Part shown: positions 25,043 through 35,670 of the stretch, in pieces
Position numbering within the stretch: position 1 is the stretch's first letter
Layout of the letters: each line of letters opens with the position of its first letter
Origin: Hydrolagus colliei
Taxonomy: Eukaryota
Assembly: GCA_035084275.1 (NCBI GenBank)
Contig: CM068756.1
Location: 1,550,001-1,614,000 of the forward strand
DNA length: 64,000 nt
Direction: 5' to 3'
The notes under the pieces: generated by a model
The model's input: only the letters and a program-made list of their open reading frames with translations
What the model was told of the DNA's origin: nothing
The model's database searches: none
Position numbers and translations under genes: made by a program

Positions 25043-27329
25043 ATAGATGCAGACGAGAGAGACAGACGAAATCGTTCACTGAAACCTTTTGCAGAGCCTT
25101 CCTCATTTCCATGTGCTATAGAAGCCTTGTTAATTTTGTACAGCTTTTGTGTGATGACACGCCAGGCATCTCCACAAACCTCGACTGTGGCCAATACCAA
25201 TCCTGAGCCAAGAAAAATGCAGGTTTGAATTTGCTGCATTACAAATAAATACAGTTCTCCCTCACTGAAGCAATGCCTACTGTGCAATTCCACCACTGCA
25301 ATAATAACCCTTAATCTTTGCATTTTTGCATTTTGTGGTTCAGAGGATACACTGCAAAGGGGTATGACTGTGTGTATTTTGTGGGTGACAACTTGCGTCG
25401 ATAAGAACCTGATGTCCTTTCATTAGAGATGTAAATGTAAATCACTTCCACAGTCATCTGATAGGTGTTCTTCACTTGTCACTTTCAACAAGATAAGATA
25501 TCGTGCAAAACCAAACAGATCAAGGTATTTGTCTGGCACACCAGTGATATATTGAGTGGGAGGTTAATCTTATAGAAAAATGAATGAAGAAAAGCCAAAG
25601 TATTTTAATGTAATTTTTGAGTTATAGAATCAACAACTTTGGTGTCAGTTTAATTTGCCTGGCAGTGTCAAGACTTTATACAAACAAGAGTTAGCACCAT
25701 TTGTACTATTAACACTTGGTTTGATTATGAACGTGATGTGCCAGTTTGTGGAAGTTACCAAATCAGTGCAACAGCGTTGACATGCAAGTACACTTTCAAC
25801 AGGGGGCAAAAGTATTCACAGACAAGAAATTAAATGGACTGTGCAACTTTTTATAAAAAGTACTTGAAGCCAAGTAAAGTTATGCAGCTCTAAAATGGAC
25901 TTCAGAAGCACCCAGATCAAGGCAAACGTGGGAACAAATCTTGCAAATGAATTTTTCCACTTGCAGGATATAGGTGGTGGGGGCGGGGAGGGGTGAAAAA
26001 TATGATATGTGATAACAGATCACATGGCCCATTTTCCAACCCTCTGTTAATTTGAAAATCCTGGCTGAGTGGAATAATTGGGCCATAAAGACTCTGGCAA
26101 AGAGCTGATTGAAACCATCCCTGCTGCTGATATTCGATAACATGTATCATGTATGGTAGAAGAATGCGGAATTGGAGATGCTGTTAGGAAGGCAGTCAAT
26201 CATGTGACAACACTGCCAGCATTTTCCCAGGACATTAGCACAGACCAGATCCTCAGTGATACATACGTCTCCAATACTGTACAACCCTCTTTTTTGAAGG
26301 TTAAAAACCGTCACACGAACCCGCTTCCCAATTTCGACAATGGTTGGAGCCGGGTCGGTTGGCGAGGACCGTTCTCTTCAAAGCAATTTGGGTTTCATAA
26401 GGATATAGAGATGGAACAGGATTTATTCCACTGAAATACTCGCAGCACAGTTCCAGATATTATTTCTCAATTTGATGATTGGAACCACTTAGTGTTCTGC
26501 AATATAGTTTTCACAATTTTTTTTCCCATTACAGTATAGCCTGGTCTCTCCTTTGCCCTGTAGGCTAGAATCTCTGTGAGGTTTTATCAATGGTGCTCAC
26601 TGGCTGGTTTGCTTAGCAGAGAGCACCCTCGGGAGAAATGCTGGACAGGAATCGAGGAAGTTATAACTAAATAAGAGCAATTTCTGAGAGTTAACATAGG
26701 CAGAGACCAACGCACAAATGGGCTCAACTTCCGAAAGTCCACATTTTTCAGGCAAGTATTTGGACCACCTCAGCCAATTGAAGCAATGTAATTCTGCTCT
26801 TGTTACGTGATAGCCTCTATACAAAGAAAATTAGGGGGGATAAAAGTAGATTTGAAATAGTTATTGTACCATAATACAGTTTCATGCTCACTTTTCCAAC
26901 CTTTGTATTGGTTGAAATGAATGTTAAGCTATGAAATGCAGTCATGCTTTAGAAGTTGGAGCAGAGAGCAATTCCTGGTAGACTACACATTCCAGCATAA
27001 TGGAGCAAAAGGGGCCTTTTACTCTACTACCATGCTCAAGAATATGATCTATTGGGGATCCAAGGCATACGCTGCATATAAGGCTATTTGACTTACCATA
27101 TGTTATTTACATCATGCAATTGATGCATAAAAATACCCTCTGCAGAATCAGGCTCAGAATTATTGAGGTGCAGTAAAAAAAGGAATTTGTGTTTAAGATC
27201 ATGCCAATATCCAGCAGCTTCTCAGAATTGCTTGTGCCAACTTTCACCAGAATGAGTCAACGACGCAAGTTTGATCCACAAAGAAATGCGTGGCAACCAA
27301 TGCAGCTCTTTTCGGTTTCTTGTTAGGTG

Positions 27330-27512
27330 GCGGCTTTCTCCCCCGCCCCCTCTTATGAACATGAACAGTGAACATCTACTGAGATTGAGAGCTGCCAAAC
27401 ATATGTTCCTAATAATTCTGAGCCAGCCAATGACCTTCACCGACTAATTTCTTCTGAGAAGTGAACCCAGGTCACAGCACTGAAAGGCAATGGCTTTAAG
27501 CCATTGATCCCT
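27330..27512 (-). mobile_element. Ancient tRNA-derived SINE, LF-SINE-like
   Basis: The minus strand reads GCCTTTCAGTGCTGTGACCTGGGTTCA (B-box region) and later TTGGCAGCTCTCAATCTCAGT, resembling the LF-SINE head and body as recalled from memory. Degenerate. Confidence 0.35.
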
Positions 27513-29112
27513 GGTTTAACTTTCAACATAAAGCCCATGACAAATTCACAGAACAAGAAAATACTGCAACCATCCCATAATCATTTGCAAACATCAAGTG
27601 TTTCCTGATTTTGCCATTGCATCATGCATATCCCAGTTCTATCTGTTTTCTCTACAAGTTCAAAGCCCTGATGTGGACACGCCAATAGATGCAGCCAAAA
27701 CAATGAACGTGGTGATCTTTGGTACATGAATGCAAAAGACTGATAGATGCTTTCTTCCAGTCTTCTGCGTTCCTATATTGTTTTGTAAACAGAACAGGAG
27801 GTGACATTCAACACATTTTGCCTATTTAGCACTCTACCCCGTACATGAATACATTTTTCTTCATCAAATATTTGCCTAATTCACATTGAAAGGTTCATAT
27901 TGGACCTTCGACCACCTTTATCATAGGGCATTCCACACCCTGTTTGAAACAAATCTAACCTGAAACCTTTGTCCTATTTGGTGATGATCTTAAACTCATC
28001 TACAGTTGATCACTCATTGAAAGTCATTAAAGTAATCCAGCCATAGCCAACCCAACTACTCGATTCAGTCATTCAGCTGCTCCTTTCCCTGATGAAAAAT
28101 ATCTGATAAACCAGAATATTATTTTACTTATCATTCAATCACAGCATTTGAAACTAAACTGCGCTGATTGGCTGAATACATGGCATTTGTCCAGTCAGAA
28201 AGCTTGACCTGTCATCGATTTTAACTCGCCAAGTTAAGTTTCTTGTGTACAGGCACCCATCCAGTGACATGCAAGACATCCTCCTGACATCAAAGGTGCT
28301 ACATAAATGAATATTGTGTTGTATTTCTACTGGAACTATCGGTAATATCAAATTCGTTTGAAATCTTTTTTTTTTTTAACGAATTGCATTGCATAACACA
28401 AGGAACAGCAAAAGAACACTTTGGAAAGGCTGTGGGGTTACAAGGAGAAACATGCAACAAATGGAGGAAAGTAGAATGGAGAAGAGGGTTGATCCCTCTT
28501 TAACCTACGGATGTTTTATGTATAGATTGAACGGAGACGGTGGATAGAGACAAATGTCATTCCCGTCTGACGTACCGTGACATTTCTTTTTACTGCTTCG
28601 AAACTTACAGGACTGTTGTCGCAGAAGTCCTCAAGGAATCTACCGTAAGTGGTTGCAAGTAACCATTAAGGAAATCAAAGTGGCTAAACTAAATGTCTGG
28701 TGTCATTCAAAAGGGAATTGTCAGTACACACAAATGGCATTCAACCCACCATTACCAATATTTGATGGCAGAATATCTTTCTGTAATGCCAGATATTTTC
28801 ACTGAAATCTTTCCCTGGAGTCTATTTGTCTCAGAACGTATAATTTAATAATGCAGTTTAACAAATTATATGAAGATGAACCTATACGCAAAGCTCATCA
28901 GCAGATACAGAGCAAACCGTATTATTCAAGGACTGATTGCTGCAGTTATTTGGAAATGAATCTGGTCCCGTTTACTAGCCTGACAAATGCTTTGATGTAA
29001 TTATGCAACCAAACTCTGAATATCCTCCATCCTAGGCGGGGGCTGAAGGAAAGTCCAACACTTCTGGAGGAAAGGTAAAATACCAGAGGATGAGAGCTGA
29101 GCAGATTCAATG

Positions 29113-29215
29113 AAAATAACAATCCTTGCATTTGATTATCACATTGTCCAGATGCCTCAAAGCACTTCACAGGATATACTGTAAAGTAGATTGACTGTAT
29201 TTTATGGGCAAAACT
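29113..29215 (-). mobile_element. SINE 3' fragment
   Basis: AATCCTTGCATTTGAT...CTCAAAGCACTTCACAGGATATACTGTAAAGTAGATTGACTGTA. Confidence 0.85.
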
Positions 29216-30639
29216 CTCAAAGGTAGACTCTCAGCTCTCCAAGGGAAATGGGCAAATCCACATGTATTATGAGGTGCTGTGGGTTTTGACCGGCCTACCT
29301 GTCTGCCTCATCAATAGGATGCAAGGGTGGAGACATGCAACTGGGGTGAACTGTAATCTGCCTACTTGGCTCCTGGTAACTTCAAGCCAAAAATCACAGA
29401 CAGGTAGCAGGAAGCTTACCAGTGCCTCATGCTGGTAAATTGCTTCAGTTTTAGTTGATTAAATTCCAGCAGTTTCCCCCTGGTGTGCAATTTGTGACCA
29501 CTAATGGCTTGACTTCTGCCAACTCGTGAGCGACTGTATTCTCTAAGTATAGATAAACAGTAAATTTATTTCACTTCCCTACAGCTCCCTCCAATGACCC
29601 CTCCCCCCACTCCATCCTCCCCCCCCACCACCACCCACACATCACCACCTGGGAGATTGCACCCTTCCGAAACAACCAAACCAAATTCTTCCCCGGTTAA
29701 TTCATTGACAGCAAATTCCAGCTCTGGTTATGCCGCTTAGGTGCTTCGCCGCATGGATCTCTCCACATTTGACGAGCGAGTTGGTAGATGGTGATGAAAT
29801 AAGATTTCCCTGCTTTGCTTTCGTCCTCAGTGGGGAGAATGGCAAAACCTCAAAGTGGATGAGGCAAAAACAGGACTTCAAATGGGCGAAGAAAATGATA
29901 CCATTGAGTTGACAAGGAAAAGAACGCAGACGCATGAGCAAAAAAAACAATACTTCTGAGCTTTTCTGGCCACTTGCTCATGCCAACATCCCCCCTCGAG
30001 CGTCTAGTCGTCATTTTGTTACTTACAAAGACGATCAAACCGAAAGACTTCAGCGCTAACATCTCTCTGAAAGGACCAGGACTGACAACGTACATCTGGA
30101 CACAATTCCAAACCAGGGCAACTTTCAAAACAACTCAACATATAACGCGGCACAAACACACAAGAGTTCAAAATCTAAGATGAAAAGCACAAAGCACTCT
30201 CCAACCTGATTTTTTTGTTGTCGTTGAAAAAGTGCTGCTTTTGAGGCATTGCCACTTTAAGTCTTGATACAAACACCTCATTTTAAATTTAACAACGAGA
30301 ATAGATCTGCCAATGACAAACCGTTTTCTATATAAAAAGCCAACCGCCTGTTAAACACCTTCCTCCCCTTTTACGAAGTGAGAATTTTTCCCAAATAAAA
30401 CTGCTAAAATGCAGATATTAAAATTTAACCAGGTATCCAAATGCTACGAGCAAATACGCTTTCACGCCACTTATGCATTATCAGGAGTTTACGTTTTCTT
30501 TAAAAGGCAAATTCCTGACTTTGACAGACCAACAAAGCTTCCCCTCCTTTTTTTTTTGGCCTATTTTTTGCTGCAAGTTGCCAGCATTTTGCACATATTG
30601 GAATTTTCACCTTTCTGTATTAAGCTTAATCTTGAACAT

Positions 30640-30960
30640 TTTTATATAGTGGCGGCTGCAGCAATTAATCTTCCCTAGTGGAAAGATTCACTGTCTTCAG
30701 GATTTATGACTGGCTCCGGACATTGCAACAACACGCTGGAGCGGGGTCTCTGATAGACAGGTGCTGCTAATTGGATCACGGCAGCTAATCAGCGCCCTGC
30801 AAAAAAAAAAAAAAAAATCATTTTGCTGGCTCTGACTGATAAAATAGATGGTTCTCTGTCCCTGCCGAATTAGAGGATTGAACCCAGGAATAAAATCCAG
30901 CTCCCGATTAATATCATAAAGGTTACTAATGCTCCTGTCACAAACCCAATCTAGGTGCTA
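30640..30960. promoter_or_regulatory. Putative conserved enhancer (CNE-like)
   Basis: Repeat-free block with GATTTATGAC (30701, HOX-type), TGATAGACAG (30751, PBX-MEIS-like), CAGGTG E-box, CTAATTGG and GCTAATC. Conservation not tested. Confidence 0.4.
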
Positions 30961-31327
30961 TGTGTTGAGTTGATCTTGTATTCAAGCAATGATTGCTCAA
31001 CTGAGAAAGGGTGATAGGCTCTGCTTTCGAGAGCTCCCAGACTAGGGGGTTGATGGCGTGCAGGCAGCCCTGGAGTCTAGTCAGCTGCTTTCACTGTAGG
31101 CCGTGACCATTAGCAGAATTGTAAAGAAAGTTTATCGCAGCCCGTTTAACACACAGGATTGTCAATGAATTTGTTGTTTGCATCACACAATTACAGCTGC
31201 GGTATAGTCGAACATTGTGCATGTGCGCAGGTTTCCAGGAATGAATGGGATTTAGACGGACCAATAAGCTTCCCCTCCAGAGATCCTGCGAATATCAGTG
31301 GCTTTCCCCACAACAGCCCCCACACTG

Positions 31328-31352
31328 CCCCCCCCCCCCCCCCCCCCCCCCC
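31328..31352. repeat. Poly-C homopolymer
   Basis: Run of about 25 C within a C-rich tract; it explains the Pro/Gly-rich ORFs here. Confidence 0.95.
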
Positions 31353-31601
31353 ACCCCGGCCACCTCCCCCACCAATCACCCCCCCCCCACCCGTCCCTTT
31401 CCATTCTTCCTTTCAGGAATTTACAAACATTCACAACAGATCAATAAGGGTATTGATTATTCATTGTGTGGAGCGTCGTTGGCGGTCAGGCTGGCACGGA
31501 GAAGCAGACACAGCCTCTGCAGCCCAGACGCGTTCCATCTGGTGAGCGGTGGGCACAGAGAATGGAGAGGGGAAAAAAAAAAGCAGAGAAAAGGCGTGCG
31601 T

Positions 31602-31612
31602 GAGAGAGAGAG

Positions 31613-31643
<31 letters not shown>

Positions 31644-31644
31644 G
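31602..31644. repeat. (GA)n/(GAAA)n microsatellite
   Basis: Visible dinucleotide and tetranucleotide purine array. Confidence 0.95.
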
Positions 31645-32760
31645 GGGGGAGCAACCTAGCTAAATGAGTGAGTGAGGTGGTAGGACATCTCCACAGGCAC
31701 AGGAAGTACGCATTCTTGCTACGTAGGGGTATGGCAACGTTAAAAAAAAAATGACTCACGGCACAGGGAACAGGAGGTGGCTGCTACGTAACAGAGATTT
31801 TCCTTGGCTCTGTGACAAGAGAGCGGCAAGGTAATACATGATTGCTGTTCTAATGCTGTGACTATGCAAACGCCTGCGATGCATCCAGTCATTTTGCAGT
31901 CATGCAGCGACTGGAACGTGAAGGGAACGAGGGGAGAGGATCACGTCGCATTTTCTCGTAAGTAAAGCTAACTGCATGCGAGCAAAAAAAAAAAAAAAAA
32001 TGTTTTAAAACGTGTCGAGAGATTTCCGAAAGGGAGCTGGAGCGAGAGGCATAAAGCATTGAGGAAGCTGCAGCCGTGCCAAATGTTTTGAAGTGAAAAG
32101 GAAGCGAGAGCGAGAGAAGAGAAAGCACGGCTTTGGCCCATTGCCAATGCCAGTGAAATGAATTATAGCGCTGAATAATGGCACACCATTGATCCAGCCA
32201 CTTGTTTCAGAGCTGTGATTGTGCCCGGGTCTCAACAGGAATTTCTGTGTGTGCTTTGCTCTGGGGGCTGCAGGAGAGAACCAATAAGTCACCAGCGCTG
32301 ACGACATTGTTGGGGAGTGCGGGGGGGGGGGAGGAATGGGGGAGGGGAGGTTGGCAGGTTACCAAGCGAGTGTGCCCATAGTGAATTGGTATTCTACTGT
32401 ATCAATACAAACATTGTCCCGTCAATGGGAACCTCTCAAGCACTGGCTCTTGTTTCATTAACAAAAAAAGGTTCCGTTACTGCATTCCCCATGACATCAA
32501 AGTTCACATTGAGAAAGGGCTGACAATCCCTCGTGTTTTTAGCAACCGCAAAGTAAGTTTTCAGGACTGCAGACAGAAGCAATCTGCCCGTACACATTGA
32601 AGTACGAGAATCATCATTTTGCGAACAGGAAATTACATAATAAAGGCTGGCACCAGGAAAAGGCATCCGCCAATCGCTGTAACAGCAGTGCTACTCACCT
32701 TTACAAAGTCTGGGTCAAGCACGGAGAAATGTTCTGTCTTGCCGAGGGAAGGCAGAGACT

Positions 32761-32788
32761 GTGTGCGAGTGTGTGTGTGTGTGTGTGT
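32761..32788. repeat. (TG)n microsatellite
   Basis: GTGTGCGAGTGTGTGTGTGTGTGTGTGT. Confidence 0.9.
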
Positions 32789-34657
32789 CTGTAAGTCTGT
32801 AATGCATGCAAGAAATTAGCAATTAAATATCGCAGCCGCTGCTATAATACAAGGCTCTAGGAAAGAGAAGCTGATCTGAATTTATAATGCGGGAGCTGAA
32901 TTAGCATACTAACTGGGTTGTGTCACCAAAAGCATTCAACAGACACTTGCCTGCCACCAGCCTTTGTTTTACTGGGTGCTGTGCAAGAGAGAGACGCCTG
33001 GCTGCACAGTGGCGTCTGTTGAGCCTTTGTATACAAATGAGGATTCATTATACTTCTACTGGCATTAGAATAACATACTTCAAACATAACCTTTGAAATA
33101 CAATAGGAGTGAAATGATCTCCTTCTAGAACTATAATTAAAATATTTAAGAAACATTTTTAGCGATAATAATCTTTTACAACTGCTCGAGACGACGCAAA
33201 CACACGTCTTTGAACTTAAAATTGCACAACGCAGCTCATTTGGTGTTTGAAAAGGACACAGAATGTTACTAACAGACTGAATCGTACAGGGAAATTGATT
33301 CCTTTTTTTTGCCTCTTCGAAAAAAAAGGGTTTAAATTGCAAAACATTTTTTTTATTTGAGAAAATAGCAAAACAAGGACCTATAAACAGTACATTAAAA
33401 ATCCTGCCAATGTTCACACACAAAACGAAATCCAGACACGATCTGCTCAACACAGTGCCTGAAATACACCCAAATATCACATCATGTCTGATTGGAATTT
33501 TGTATTAAATGCAAAATGGACCTCAAAGGCATATGGAATTTATTGCATTGAATGACCTGACCTGATTACCGAGAGACGCATGGGTTATTTGATGCAATGG
33601 ATTCCCTAGAAACTAGGGGTTGAGCAAAGCCTTGCTCTGTGCCTTTGCTGGCAACTATCTCAGAGTCCTTTCTGATCATAAAAGCTAACACCGAGTTAGG
33701 TAAATAGTTTCATCAACAGAAACGCTTGCCAATCACTAAAAGCAATACATTACGTTGGCTTTATTGAGATTTTCAACATGAACTTGGGAGGGATCGCTTT
33801 GCACGGCAATGTACATCTGTCAGGACAGGAGAAGATAAACCTCTCATAAGCACTGGGTTTTATGATAACAAAAAACTAGATTTTCATCTGAGGCTCTTTA
33901 ACTATTTAAGCCACTACTTTCTGGGTCACGGAGTAAATTACCTTCTCTTATTGGTGTTAATAGAGAATTCCTCCCAACCGTGGATCGGCATCAATTGCAA
34001 TGCCTCCTGAATTCATGTTTACTAAATGAGGAGCTTCAGTCTATGCCTGTTCATCCCAGTTGGGTAATAGATATTGAAGGAAGGCAGCATTCACTATCAT
34101 CTCCTCTCTTGGTTCAGGTCACATTGTTTCTTGTTCCCCCAGCCCCACTCTCCCCCTCCTCGCATCCCTGACATTGCAGGCCCATAAATTGCTCCCATGA
34201 GCATCAGATTCTCTCAAATAGTTAGCCCTTTCCACCCCGCATTGTGCTGGAATCAACTGATCCACTGCTGTTTAGAGGGAAGGTTACTGAATTTACATCC
34301 CATAATGATAAGCCTCCTGGCCACAAAGAGAGAAATCAGTAGCTCGCTCTTCACCTCTGAAGAATCTGTAACTGAGACACTAACCCCCAGAATATATAGA
34401 GATAGGTAGACACCCTGGAGATAATTCCTGACCACTGCCTCCTTCAAAAAATACTTAACAATGGAGCAATCAATATTTGCAGTAATGTAACCTGCTTTGG
34501 CTTTGTCCCTTGTTTCCCCCCCCCATCACCCACTCCCCCCCCACCCACCTCCCCACACACCCAGCCAACCCCCACCACCCTCATCCTTGCTGCAGCAAAG
34601 CATTTACTCTTCTGTTTGTGGGTAGAGGGATATTATTCATAGTGGAGGAAGAAGACT

Positions 34658-34925
34658 GATAATAATAATAATAATAATCCTTGCGTTTGATTTAGCGCCT
34701 TATCACATTGGCCTAAGGAAGAAGAAACATTTCAGTTCCAGGAATTATTTTAGGAATAAATAGAAACAACAACAATGAGGCAGACTGCCTATCTGAAGAA
34801 CCAGGGATTAATTATATCTAATAATCCTTGCATTTGATCCCTGAAATGTCTCAAAGCCTTATCGCATCATCAAAACATCTCAAAGCACTTTACAGGATTT
34901 TACCTCACCCCTGTATTTGTGGATG
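34658..34925 (-). mobile_element. Two adjacent SINE 3' fragments
   Basis: (AAT)n CCTTGCGTTTGATTTAGCGCC at about 34660, and AATAATCCTTGCATTTGAT...CATCTCAAAGCACTTTACAGG at about 34820. Confidence 0.8.
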
Positions 34926-35439
34926 ATTGCAGTGGCTATCTCACATGTGCCTGATTTTAGTAAAGGGATATGGGGAAACAGACCTGCAAAGTGGGATTAA
35001 TGAAAAGGACGACCTTAAAAACCACAGAGGTAGCAGTGTGACAGACACACTGGATGAATGATTTCGTTCATTGCTGACAGTTTCTATATTTCTGGCTTTC
35101 CCGGGAAAAACATTACCTTGTCCTTCAATTCTCTGTCGGAACTCAACACCCAATCTGTTAAGTGTAGGTTAAGAATTGTTCCAGAATAGTAAGCAAAGAA
35201 TAATTATCGATGACAATGGATCTCAGGGGAGAACAGTTTTGATCAGTTGAGTCTCCAAAGTACAGTACGAGTCTTAGGATTCTGTTCATAATATTTATCA
35301 GTAGATCTCGGTGAAGATACTGCAAACAAAATGTTCAGCGTATTTTCACAAGAGTCCAAGATTTGTCTGGGTGTAGAAGGCCCTTCTGCAGTTCTAATCT
35401 CATCCCTCTGGAACACTCACTCTACAGCCCCATTACCAC

Positions 35440-35670
35440 AGCATCACGGTGCTTTTTAAATCCATCACAGTATCCTAGCTTCTACTACCTTTCCTAGCAA
35501 CCTGTTCCATCAATACCCTCTACATAAAAGATAACTACCAATACCCATCCTAAAAATATCCTTTTTCAACTTTAAATCAGTGCCTTCTTATCCTACTGTC
35601 TTGATACATCCTGGATTTACGTTTCAATCCCATATACATTTTTGAACACCTGCATAAAATCCTCTCTGAG
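35440..35670 (-). mobile_element. CR1 ORF2 C-terminal remnant
   Basis: The minus strand begins LREDFMQVFKNVYGIE (compare CR1 LRGDLIEVFKIMKG) and later reads WNRLLGKVVEA (compare WN.LP..VVEA). Confidence 0.65.

Noticed and set aside
31159-31759. Proline/glycine-rich and RE-repeat ORFs (also near 22374, 49064, 49827, 54071)
   Set aside because: Explained by poly-C/poly-G and (GA)n tracts, which lack stop codons.
32923-33480. Longest ORF in the track (185 aa, minus strand)
   Set aside because: Phe/Cys/Ser-rich composition typical of T-rich non-coding DNA, with no domain or convincing splice context.
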